Assembly (NCBI GenBank): GCA_937903605.1
Contig: CALCZC010000007.1
Span: forward strand, 37,982 to 101,981
Direction: 5' to 3'
DNA length: 64,000 nt
Source: an uncultured bacterium
GTDB taxonomy: Bacteria; Patescibacteriota; Patescibacteriia; Magasanikbacterales; GWA2-37-8
Positions 37,285 to 46,619 of the stretch are shown here, piece by piece (within the stretch, counting starts at the first letter, position 1; every line of letters starts with the position of its first letter). The notes below the pieces were generated by a model that had not been told where the DNA came from, made no database searches, and was given only the letters and a program-made list of their open reading frames with translations. Made by a program: the position numbers and the translations under genes.

Positions 37285-38268
37285 TTATATTCCCCATTCA
37301 AACTTCTCCGTCGCTTCATTGTAATAATACAGTTCTTTGATTTTGGAATCTCCATATTTATCCGCGGTTTTTTCTAATACTTCAAAGACGCCTTCTGTGT
37401 CTATAATCTCACCTGTTTCATCTTTGGGAAAAAATTGAAGTATTTTGGATTTGATTTCAGAGTAAGATGGTGGGTTTTGAGTCATAGGTTTTGTCTCAGT
37501 TTTCGGAAGGTTGTTTTCCGACTTTTTTTCAATTTTTGGTTTTATTTTTTTTATCAACGGATCGATTTTTTCTTGAAGTAAAATATGATATTCTTCTACG
37601 GTTTTTAAACTATCGGCAACTTCCGGGTGAAACGCTTTGTCCAACTCTTTGAGCACCATCTCTTTTTCCACGGTCAAAATATTTTTGATAAATATTATAT
37701 AATTTTGTAAAATTTTATCTCTATCAAAAACATAATATTTATCCAAAAGTTCAATGTCGGGACAGAAAATAACAGGCTTGAGTAAAATTTTCAACCCCTC
37801 TACATCGCTTTCATTTTTGATTTTATCTTTACAAATATCCAAAATATCGGAAAAAAAATAGTTTTTACTTCCCATCTTGGCAATTATGGCTTTGGAGTCT
37901 CGTAGCGCTTGTTTGGTTTTTTCATATACTTCTACTTTTTCTATCAAATCATAAACCGGAGAAGATAAAAACATCAATAAATCAAACCATGTATCATTAC
38001 CGAGAAGCAAAGCGATATGGAAATGGTTAGAAAAAATCTTTATAAACTCCTCTGTTTTATAACCACCGAGTTTTTGCCAAACCAAAAAAGTATACCAACG
38101 TTGATAACTGGCCAAATCTTCAAATTGCGTTTGCGCGTCAACTTGCACCTTCCCCAACATTGTTTCCAAGAAAATTTCCTTATCTTCAGGGTTATTCAAA
38201 AATTCGTCGAATTTTTTCTCAATCTCCGCAATACCTTCTTCAGTTAATTTGTTTGGATCGTCAATCAT
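37285..38268 (-). CDS. Hypothetical acidic cytoplasmic protein
   Basis: 327-aa ORF co-oriented between the VirB6-like gene and the giant gene; C-terminal LYYYNEATEKFEW. Confidence 0.7.
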   Translation of the reverse strand: MIDDPNKLTEEGIAEIEKKFDEFLNNPEDKEIFLETMLGKVQVDAQTQFEDLASYQRWYTFLVWQKLGGYKTEEFIKIFSNHFHIALLLGNDTWFDLLMFLSSPVYDLIEKVEVYEKTKQALRDSKAIIAKMGSKNYFFSDILDICKDKIKNESDVEGLKILLKPVIFCPDIELLDKYYVFDRDKILQNYIIFIKNILTVEKEMVLKELDKAFHPEVADSLKTVEEYHILLQEKIDPLIKKIKPKIEKKSENNLPKTETKPMTQNPPSYSEIKSKILQFFPKDETGEIIDTEGVFEVLEKTADKYGDSKIKELYYYNEATEKFEWGI

Positions 38269-38285
38269 AAAAATAGTTAGAAAAA

Positions 38286-41200
38286 TTATGATCTTTTAGC
38301 TTTATCTATTTTGTCTGTCAAGATTTTAATTCTTTGTTCTAGGACCTTTTTACCATCGCCTTCTTTTACTGATTTTAAGAGAGTATTAACGAGTTTTTCA
38401 AATTGATTAACATTACTTTTATTGACAGCGGCTTCGTTTATAGAGGCAAAGATAGTGGTAAAATCTTTATTACCCAGAGCCTGACCACTTTTTCCTTTAA
38501 ATATAGAATCTACATATTTTAAAACTTCATCCCCTATACCACACATTATACCGTCTGCATTTACACTCCCCAACGTAGTTAATTTATCGGCTTTTCCTCT
38601 TTCTATAGCGTAAGAAAAATCATTACTCGGTTTTTCTCGCCAAGCATATATAAGTTTACCGGTGGCTCTATCAATTTCCTCTGATATTAAACCAACACCG
38701 GTAAAATCACCGCTCATAGAGGCCTTTTTAAAATTATTAGCAAGTGTACCCAAAAAAGATTGGTATTCTCCTTCGCTAGAAAATCTATCTCTCAGCTTAT
38801 CTTTTCCTTCTTCTTCCTTACCTTTCTCAACATAGCTTCCTAACAGTTGTGTGAGTACTGCCCTATCCCTGTTTTCCATATTTATTTCTCCTTCTTTCGC
38901 AAAAAACCCGGTTTCATTTAAACAGGCCACTCTAGTATCACGAGAATTTTCTCCACCAACACTGGCATTATATGAAGCCAAAGCTGCCTTTCCTCTGTAT
39001 AATTTAGCAAGCTCCTTTTTTAAATCTTTATAGCCTTGAGTGTTAATATCTGTCGCTTTACTTATCGCCATTTCAACTTTTGCTATCGCTTTAACTTGTC
39101 CTTTTTCTGCTGCTTCTAGTTGTTTAGGGGTCAGGTTACTTAAAATTTCAGCATCTTTTTTAATAGCAAGATTATTAGCTGACGCTTCCATGGCATCCCC
39201 ACGAACTGGGTCTCCTGAACGTCTATAAGCGTCTCCTGTGTCCTTAAGAGCAATTTGTTGCTTCTTTATTTCTTCGTCGCTTAATTCTATACCTTTACCC
39301 GCTATATCTCTTATCCTGGCAAATTCTTTATCTCCTGCAGCAATATCTTTATCCACTTTTTCCTTCCCTTCAATTCTAACATTTCCGGCTTGGGCTTTAA
39401 GACTTTCTATTTCGACTTCCAATTTTTCAGCTCCTTCTATTTTATCTATAGATAATTTTTCTAACCCTTTTAATTCGTCTTTATAATCTCTTAAAAAACC
39501 TTCACTCATTGCTCTACCTTCGTCGGTTATGGTAGGATCTTTTAAAAAATCTTCTAACTCTTTAATTTGCTCTTTCTTTTTTCCTATCTGATTGTCAATA
39601 TTATTATATTCTTCTTGGACACCGGACAATTCTCCTTCTTTTTTTCCTGCTTCCTCCTCGAGTCTTTTGGCTTCTTTTTCTATTGGAACCATTCCTTCGG
39701 TTCTTTGTTTTTCTATTCCTTCTCTCCACTTTTTTTCTGACTCGTCTTGTTCGCCTTTGACTAACTGTTCTCGCTGTTTGTTGATTTGATTCGCCTCACG
39801 TTGTTTGGTGTTTAATTCATCAATAATTATTTTATGAGCATCATTTTGTCTAAATTTACCTTCAACTTCTTGAAGGATAGCCGGCATACCGGCTTCTTTT
39901 AATTTTTCTCTTTGCTGTAAATTATATTTTAGCAATTCTGTTTCTTTTTTAGCTTCAAAAGTAGCTAGAGTACCGACTTGACTATCAAAAATTCCTTTTC
40001 TTGTGTCTAATTGTTTTTTTCTAGCCGCTCTCAATTTTTCACGTTCCATATATTTATCCGCTCTATTGGCCCAGAAACCTTTCTCGCCTGTTAATTTTTC
40101 TTTATCGTAACTTCTTTCCAAAAAAGCCAGTCCCCTTAGTTGAGCCATATCTTTTAGATCACCCCCTATATTAACGGCTTCGTTTTTGATTCCGCCCCAA
40201 GTTTTTTTAACTCCCCAACCAAGAGCAGCAACGCCGGACGCTGTCATCGCTACTTTCTTGGCAGTGCTCATCGCCGAGCTCAAAGCTCCGGCACCACGTA
40301 CGCCAAGTTGTTGAGTTTTTTCAACACCAACCATGAGTAAAGCTATGGCAATAGCAAAGGAAGCCATAGTCGGCCATTCTAACATTTCATTGATGCCAGA
40401 GCTAGCTCCCTCAACAGAAAAAACTTGTGTTACAGCACCTTCGTCTCTGGTAAAATTTTTATTTTCAAATTCTTCATTATATATTTCTCCGCTACCGGCG
40501 ACAGCAAACGATAACCAAAAGAAAAAAGCTAAAATCGGCCCGGCTAAAACGTGGTTGTTAAATTCTTTCCACCACTCAGTAGCATATTTTTGGGTTGCTG
40601 GTAAAACACTACTGATAAAAGCTACAGGAGATAATATGATAAGCACCCACAATACCACCACCCTGTACAACATGATAACCATATAGGCTCCCAAAACAAA
40701 AAAACTGATAACACTAAAAAATACAGTTGCTACTGCAGCTATCAAATAACTGATATCATTTATTTTTTCAGCTTCAGCTTGTGTTGATAACAACCAACCT
40801 TTTTGCAATTTCAAGGCATTTATAACATTACCTCCAGCAGTAGCCGCAAAACCATTGACAAAAGTCATGGTAAAAACCTGAGCCGCATCTATAATTACCC
40901 CGCAAATCAAGCGGCTAAAATTTACCAATACGGCAGCAAAAACTAATTTAACTAAAAGTTTTTTCCATTCATATTGTTCCAAACCAAGTACTGTGCCAAA
41001 AGCAATAACCAATAAAATCAAAACAAAAAACATATTTACCACATCACGCACTAATACCCATCCTAAAATAACTGTTTTTGAATTTATAAAATCATTATAA
41101 CTGGCAATAGTAATAAAAAAATTGGTAGCAAATATAGTCAAGCCGATAAACAGCTTGGCCATAGCCCAACAAATCAAAGTGATAAGCGAACCAATTCCCG

Positions 41201-41363
41201 CCGCAACCGTATCTGTTACCCAACCAAAAGCAGCGCTAGCTTCATTAGTGTTGATTACAAAAAATAATAAAAAGAATAACAAAAACAATGAGAGAAACTT
41301 TCTTCTATCCCCTCTTGTTTTAAAATTCAAAATATTCTTAATTTTTCCCAAAAAAGACGACAT
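38286..41363 (-). CDS. VirB6/TrbL-like multi-pass membrane protein with a long C-terminal coiled coil
   Basis: GWVLVRDVVNMFFVLILLVIAFGTV, AAVLVNFS...IIDAAQ, RVVVLWVLIILSPVAF...LP..W.EF, then ~600 aa of charged helical sequence. Confidence 0.7.
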   Translation of the reverse strand: MSSFLGKIKNILNFKTRGDRRKFLSLFLLFFLLFFVINTNEASAAFGWVTDTVAAGIGSLITLICWAMAKLFIGLTIFATNFFITIASYNDFINSKTVILGWVLVRDVVNMFFVLILLVIAFGTVLGLEQYEWKKLLVKLVFAAVLVNFSRLICGVIIDAAQVFTMTFVNGFAATAGGNVINALKLQKGWLLSTQAEAEKINDISYLIAAVATVFFSVISFFVLGAYMVIMLYRVVVLWVLIILSPVAFISSVLPATQKYATEWWKEFNNHVLAGPILAFFFWLSFAVAGSGEIYNEEFENKNFTRDEGAVTQVFSVEGASSGINEMLEWPTMASFAIAIALLMVGVEKTQQLGVRGAGALSSAMSTAKKVAMTASGVAALGWGVKKTWGGIKNEAVNIGGDLKDMAQLRGLAFLERSYDKEKLTGEKGFWANRADKYMEREKLRAARKKQLDTRKGIFDSQVGTLATFEAKKETELLKYNLQQREKLKEAGMPAILQEVEGKFRQNDAHKIIIDELNTKQREANQINKQREQLVKGEQDESEKKWREGIEKQRTEGMVPIEKEAKRLEEEAGKKEGELSGVQEEYNNIDNQIGKKKEQIKELEDFLKDPTITDEGRAMSEGFLRDYKDELKGLEKLSIDKIEGAEKLEVEIESLKAQAGNVRIEGKEKVDKDIAAGDKEFARIRDIAGKGIELSDEEIKKQQIALKDTGDAYRRSGDPVRGDAMEASANNLAIKKDAEILSNLTPKQLEAAEKGQVKAIAKVEMAISKATDINTQGYKDLKKELAKLYRGKAALASYNASVGGENSRDTRVACLNETGFFAKEGEINMENRDRAVLTQLLGSYVEKGKEEEGKDKLRDRFSSEGEYQSFLGTLANNFKKASMSGDFTGVGLISEEIDRATGKLIYAWREKPSNDFSYAIERGKADKLTTLGSVNADGIMCGIGDEVLKYVDSIFKGKSGQALGNKDFTTIFASINEAAVNKSNVNQFEKLVNTLLKSVKEGDGKKVLEQRIKILTDKIDKAKRS

Positions 41364-41645
41364 GGTATATGAAAATTAGTCGCCTAAACCACTTCCAAAA
41401 ACAAAATTTTGAAAGTCATTTTGGACAAATATATTATAACACCTTTTGGCTAAAATTACAAAATAAAAACTATCCACAGGGCACTAGAAGCTTCGCTTGC
41501 GTACCCTGCAGGCAGGCCATAAATTATTATAATAGTTAGAAAATAAAAAAATTACAGAGATTTAAATTTATTTAAAAATCAAAATAGCAAAATTAATACT
41601 ACTTAATACAAGATATTTTTGGCTAATATCAGCAAAAATAGACTA

Positions 41646-41701
41646 TTGACAAAAATGACGAAATATGATATAATACTTTGTTCTTTAACAATTTAAAGGA
41701 G
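41646..41701 (+). promoter_or_regulatory. Consensus sigma70 promoter + boxA-like motif + SD
   Basis: TTGACA(41646)-N17-TATAAT(41669) with TG; TGTTCTTTAACAA (41679-41691); AAGGAG before ATG 41708. Confidence 0.8.
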
Positions 41702-41707
41702 TTTAAC

Positions 41708-42154
41708 ATGGTAGCCGAGTTTATTAATAAAACCAGGATAGTGATTCTCAGACACAAAGAAGTATTTGAAACAAATCAAACCTATTTGGATATAACCAAA
41801 AGATTTGATGAGTTGGTTGATTTGTATTATACAAAGGACCAGAAAAAAGCCGTGTCAGACGCAAAACTGGAAGAAATGGCTAGAGAATTGCTTATGGAAT
41901 ATTATGCCTTTGAGTCTAACCACAGAAAGAATCGCTTTTTGTTGAGACAAAAAATGAAAAAGGAAGAAATAAAGAAAAAAGCCAGTTATATAGAAAATGT
42001 TGGCAATGCAAAAGCCAAGAGTAACCAAATTACCCTCTTCGTTGCAATTTTTGTCATTCTGGGTTTAATTTCAATATTTTCAGTTTCTTCTCCGTGGTTT
42101 TTTGGTATACTTTTTATAGTTGGTATTTATATCTTTTATAATGAAACACTTTGA
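41708..42154 (+). CDS. Hypothetical membrane protein, paralogue A
   Basis: SD-supported ATG at 41708; helical N-domain shared with the next gene; two C-terminal TMs. Confidence 0.7.
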   Translation: MVAEFINKTRIVILRHKEVFETNQTYLDITKRFDELVDLYYTKDQKKAVSDAKLEEMARELLMEYYAFESNHRKNRFLLRQKMKKEEIKKKASYIENVGNAKAKSNQITLFVAIFVILGLISIFSVSSPWFFGILFIVGIYIFYNETL

Positions 42155-42172
42155 ACTTAAGAGGAGGCTGAC

Positions 42173-42799
42173 ATGGTAGCACAATTACTCTCTGAAGCCA
42201 GAGAAATAATCACCAAGCACCAGAAGGTGTTTGAAAACAATGAGGAATATTACGAAATAGTGGAAGAATTTGACAGGCTGGTTGATTTATATTATCACGA
42301 CAACCCGATGAAAGAGGTTTCCGAAGAAGAACTAAAAAAAATGACCTCAGCGCTAATAAACAAATATTTTAGCTTTGAGTCAAAATATGCTTATGCAAAA
42401 TTTTCTTCGGACAAGAAAGACTTTGCTTTATTGGCCAGAACACTTTCCTATATCGCTGTTATTGTGAGTATTATCCTGGCTTTTCTCGCTGACTTCTTTA
42501 TCATTTTTGCACTAAGCACAGTGACCGTTTTCTTGATCTTGCGCGAATGCAGGTTTGACGAAAGATTCTTTTTCGTTCCACGCAACATAAATTCCTATCC
42601 TTTCGGTTATATAGAATATTCTATAGTCGCCGGAGCGATTACTATCTTCTGTTTCATTTACCTGCTTTTGCAAAACCATGTCGCTGTTGGCTGGATATTT
42701 TTGGCGATGATGGCGGTAGAGATTTCAATCCTATTAGCCTATCAAAGAGAGATCAATGAATTAAAGCTTAGACAAAAATATCCTAAACCGAAGAAATAA
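42173..42799 (+). CDS. Hypothetical membrane protein, paralogue B
   Basis: GAGGAGG SD; shared N-domain (FD.LVDLYY...FES); about four TMs. Confidence 0.75.
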   Translation: MVAQLLSEAREIITKHQKVFENNEEYYEIVEEFDRLVDLYYHDNPMKEVSEEELKKMTSALINKYFSFESKYAYAKFSSDKKDFALLARTLSYIAVIVSIILAFLADFFIIFALSTVTVFLILRECRFDERFFFVPRNINSYPFGYIEYSIVAGAITIFCFIYLLLQNHVAVGWIFLAMMAVEISILLAYQREINELKLRQKYPKPKK

Positions 42800-42815
42800 C
42801 AAAAGGGGGTGATTG

Positions 42816-43067
42816 ATGAAAATAGAAAAGATATCCCAGCCTCCCCAAAAAGGAGATAATGATAAAGAAGAGATTAAAAATCGAGAATCTTTGATCGCGG
42901 AACAAAAGACAAAGAAACAAGCTGTCATTCTCTTGATCATTTTGGTAATAGCCTGGATTTTGATGGCTGTAATTATTCTTACCGTTCCCGCTTTGACTGA
43001 TATTATCAAATTTTTCAGTATCGTCGTGGCAATTTTTTTTGTGGACACGATAAAAAAACTCCTTTAG
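42816..43067 (+). CDS. Small membrane protein
   Basis: GGGGGTG SD, charged N-terminus and two TMs; terminator at 43076-43102. Confidence 0.6.
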   Translation: MKIEKISQPPQKGDNDKEEIKNRESLIAEQKTKKQAVILLIILVIAWILMAVIILTVPALTDIIKFFSIVVAIFFVDTIKKLL

Positions 43068-43216
43068 ACAGTATTACAAGGCTCTACGGAGCCTTGTTTT
43101 TTATTATTTTTTAACTTAATTTCAAACAGACTTCTTACACTTGACCAAATCTAAAAATTGGGATAATCTAACATGATTGGTTCATTGACAATAAACACAA
43201 CATAAAGGAGATTATC

Positions 43217-44434
43217 ATGGAAGATTGGCAAAAAAACGGAATGATCAAATGGGATGCTTGGCAGTACATGTTTGTAGGCGACGCTTTGAAGCTACAGACT
43301 AGTACTATGAACGAATCATTGAACAAACATCGTGAACTGGTTTGTCGGGAATATTTACGCAACACCGACCGACTCATTGCCAGCCAGGAAACTATTTACG
43401 AAATCATTGACGGGATCGTAGAAAAAATTTCAAAAAAACAGAACCCCTCAACTGTCGTTGTAGCCGACAATAGTAATTTATTGTCGGAATCATTTATCCG
43501 AGGCACCAGTCAAGTTTTATCAAGTCTGTCCTATCTGCAAGCAGATATCAACGCTGGATTTAACGATATCAATGAAAAGCTCGAGGATATCACTGAAGCA
43601 ATTGATAATTTGGGAGCTTCGTTCAATTGGGGCGTAGATAGGCTGGTCTGGCACTTAAATGACATCAAAAATGTTATTCAAATGCCGATTGACAACAAAG
43701 CACTGAACTATCGCATGCGCGGTATCAACGCTTATCAAAATGGTTGGTTTGAAGAAGCTCTTAAAGAATTTACCCATGCCAACTCTTTTTATGAGTACGA
43801 TTTTATTACTCATCAGTACTTGGGAGATCTTTATCTTTATTACAAAAAGGATTTGAGCAAAGCTCTTGAACATTTTAGTCGCGCCGCGAAGTATTCAATG
43901 GTGCGAAACGCTTCAAAAGAACACAAAAAAATAAGCAGTTGGGCGGAATTACATGTCGGTCTTGTGTTCTACAAAAGAAATAGTTTTGAAGAAGCGGCCC
44001 AAGCCGCTTATCGTGCCTCAACCAAAAATCCGAGTCCTGAAGCCATGTATCAGCTAGGGCATTATCTTTCCTTAACCAAAAAGAGAGATGAGAGATTGAA
44101 GCAAATTATCAGTGCCTTTGAACAGGCTATTCGTGAAGATCCGGTTTATTTTCTAAAAATAGATATGGACCATAATCTTTTTGAAAGGGATCTTCATGTA
44201 GTAAAAAATGAGATGCGGGCACTGAAAGAATCTCTTTTTGCAGAAGAGAAAGAAAAAGCTCGTCGGAAAATATCCGCACTAAAAAAACTTTTTGAATCAA
44301 ACAACTGGCACTACAACTACAACACCAAAAGTAAAATAGAAAAGTTCCGAGAAGACTTGAATTTGGTAGAAAAAATGTATAAAGAACGTCAAAGTTATTT
44401 GGATTTTCGAATCATCCAAGAGATATGCGGTTGA
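43217..44434 (+). CDS. Coiled-coil + TPR-repeat protein
   Basis: RGINAYQNGWFEEALKEF, YLGDLYLY...ALEHFSRA, HVGLVFY...AAQAAYRA TPR-like helices; own promoter, SD and terminator (44474-44499). Confidence 0.75.
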   Translation: MEDWQKNGMIKWDAWQYMFVGDALKLQTSTMNESLNKHRELVCREYLRNTDRLIASQETIYEIIDGIVEKISKKQNPSTVVVADNSNLLSESFIRGTSQVLSSLSYLQADINAGFNDINEKLEDITEAIDNLGASFNWGVDRLVWHLNDIKNVIQMPIDNKALNYRMRGINAYQNGWFEEALKEFTHANSFYEYDFITHQYLGDLYLYYKKDLSKALEHFSRAAKYSMVRNASKEHKKISSWAELHVGLVFYKRNSFEEAAQAAYRASTKNPSPEAMYQLGHYLSLTKKRDERLKQIISAFEQAIREDPVYFLKIDMDHNLFERDLHVVKNEMRALKESLFAEEKEKARRKISALKKLFESNNWHYNYNTKSKIEKFREDLNLVEKMYKERQSYLDFRIIQEICG

Positions 44435-44598
44435 TATTATTAAAATCTATTTGAAATGTTGTGTAATCTTATCAAGCGGACTAACTAGTCCGCTTTTTTA
44501 TTTGATATTTTATTATTCTTTACTCTTGACTAAATTTGAAATTTAAGTTAATCTAATATGATTAGTTATTTAACAATTTAAACAAGAGGAGAAGAAAA

Positions 44599-45219
44599 AT
44601 GAAAAAACCGGAAAGTCTTTCTGATCAACTTGAAAAACTCACAAAATTATCAGACGCTGAACGCGAAGAAGACAAAAAACGAGCTTTAGAGAGAGAAAAA
44701 AAGGCCAAAGAAGAAGAGGCGGCTCGAAAACTAGCCAGGGAAAGAGAGGACCAACGAAAACAAAAAATGATTCGGGACAAACAGGAGGAAGAAAGAAGAG
44801 AAAGAGAGCGTGAACAATGGAAAAAAGAAGAAAAGAAGAGAGAGAAAGAAAGAGAGAGAGAAATAGAGAGAGCGGAAGAAGAAAGGCGGTTAAAAGAAGA
44901 AATAGAAACGACTTTATTATTTAGAAATATTATTGCGATTATTTTAACCATATTGGCAATAATTGTAGCTCTGGTAAACGCAGAAATTAGTAATAATAAA
45001 GAGTTGGAAGAAGCGCTTAGTATGGTAGTCGTAGGAGGTCTTATCTCTTTATTTTTTCCTCCAACTATATTCTTCGTGGGAGTCGGTATAATTATTCTTT
45101 TAGACTCCTTTATTGCGATAGTTATACCGGTCGCTGTTTGTACGGTCGTTATCGTCTTTGTTTTATCGGAAATATTTCTACGATTAGTTTATGGTTTTAA
45201 CTTTCGTGACAAAATTTGA
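44599..45219 (+). CDS. E/R/K-rich single-alpha-helix protein with C-terminal TM segments
   Basis: About 100 aa of ER/K-rich helix then hydrophobic helices; own promoter, SD and terminator (45238-45263). Confidence 0.7.
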   Translation: MKKPESLSDQLEKLTKLSDAEREEDKKRALEREKKAKEEEAARKLAREREDQRKQKMIRDKQEEERREREREQWKKEEKKREKEREREIERAEEERRLKEEIETTLLFRNIIAIILTILAIIVALVNAEISNNKELEEALSMVVVGGLISLFFPPTIFFVGVGIIILLDSFIAIVIPVAVCTVVIVFVLSEIFLRLVYGFNFRDKI

Positions 45220-45364
45220 TCTTTCCAAAACCCCAACAAACGAGTCTAATGACTCGTTTTTTTTATCTAGATAGTAATGTTTTCCTCTCTTGACACGATT
45301 TTACAAATATAATATAATGATTGGTTCCTGGATAAACGGAGAGAGACAGGGCGAAACGAACGAT

Positions 45365-46495
45365 ATGCTCAATACTTACGAACAATTTAAAAAGCTAATA
45401 GATAACAGCAAAAGCGTGCTGGTTATTTTTGCTAACAAAAATAACGAAGATTGCGCCGCCGGAGCGTTGGCTTTGAAAAAATACATCAAAAAAATGAATA
45501 AGTTTGCTGAGGTTGTGGCTGAAGATTTTCAAGCGCCGCGACAATTGGGTTTTTTGAGTGAATTGGAAAAAATAAAACCCGCCATCACCAATTTACAAAA
45601 AATGATCATCAAAGTTGATATTTCTCGCACCAAGTTGGAAACTATTTCCTATGATGTCAAAGACAGCACATTATCTATTTTCCTAACACCCAAAGAAGGT
45701 TTTATCACCAAAAATGATTTGCGTACCGCTCAGTCAACTTATAAATATGATTTGATAATTACTGTCGGGGTGGCTGATTTGGAATCTCTTGGTTCTGTTT
45801 TTTTCAACAACACCGATCTATTTTATCGCACTCCGATAGTTAATTTTGATTATCATGCGGGAAATGAAAATTTCGGCCAATTAAATTTCAACGAAGTTAC
45901 CGCCACTTCCAATTGCGAACTTATTTTTACCACTTTGACAAAAATAAACGAACCTTTGATAGACAAAGATATTGCCACCGCTTTGCTCACAGGGATGATT
46001 TCTCAAACCAAAAGTTTCAAAACTCAAAATGTCACCCCGCATACTCTCAATCTGGCCAGTAAATTGATGAATTTGGGAGCTGATCGCGAGCTCATAGTTC
46101 AAAATCTTTATCGCACCAAAACCATAGCGGTTTTGAAGCTCTGGGGTAAAGCTCTGACTAATTTACAAAATGATATTAATGCCGGTCTTTTTTGGACAAC
46201 CATAACTTCGGAAGATTTTGCCAAAACCGGTGCGCAAGAAGAAGAACTCAAAGATATTATTAATGAGCTTATCGGCAACTCTCCCGAGGCCAAAGCCGTA
46301 CTCTTGCTTTATGAAACAAAAAATAAAAGCATTCAGGGGATTTTAAATGCGGAAAAAGAATTTGACGCCATGCATTTGTTAAATAAATTTTCTCCTGTTG
46401 GCAATCGTAAACAAGCGATTTTCAAAATAACAAACAAAAATTTAAAACAGGCGGAGGAAGAAGTGATAAGCGAGTTGAAAATAAAAATGAGATAA
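45365..46495 (+). CDS. DHH/NrnA-like phosphoesterase family protein with degenerate motifs
   Basis: PIVNFDYH..NENFG, ATSNCE, IATALLTGMISQT.SF, LWG.AL; ATG 45365 follows a TTGACA-N17-TATAAT promoter at 45290-45318. Confidence 0.8.
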   Translation: MLNTYEQFKKLIDNSKSVLVIFANKNNEDCAAGALALKKYIKKMNKFAEVVAEDFQAPRQLGFLSELEKIKPAITNLQKMIIKVDISRTKLETISYDVKDSTLSIFLTPKEGFITKNDLRTAQSTYKYDLIITVGVADLESLGSVFFNNTDLFYRTPIVNFDYHAGNENFGQLNFNEVTATSNCELIFTTLTKINEPLIDKDIATALLTGMISQTKSFKTQNVTPHTLNLASKLMNLGADRELIVQNLYRTKTIAVLKLWGKALTNLQNDINAGLFWTTITSEDFAKTGAQEEELKDIINELIGNSPEAKAVLLLYETKNKSIQGILNAEKEFDAMHLLNKFSPVGNRKQAIFKITNKNLKQAEEEVISELKIKMR

Positions 46496-46619
46496 ACAGT
46501 AAAAAGTTGAAAGTTAAAAGTTGTAAAGTTATAAGTCAAAAAATTCACCCGAGAGTGAATTTTTTTTATTATTAATATTTTAATCCGATACTTTCTACTT
46601 TTAACTTTTCACTTTTAAC

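Noticed and set aside
45319-45364. Hammerhead ribozyme or riboswitch in the DHH-gene leader (CTG...CAG...GAAAC)
   Set aside because: Lacks the CUGAnGA core and convincing stems
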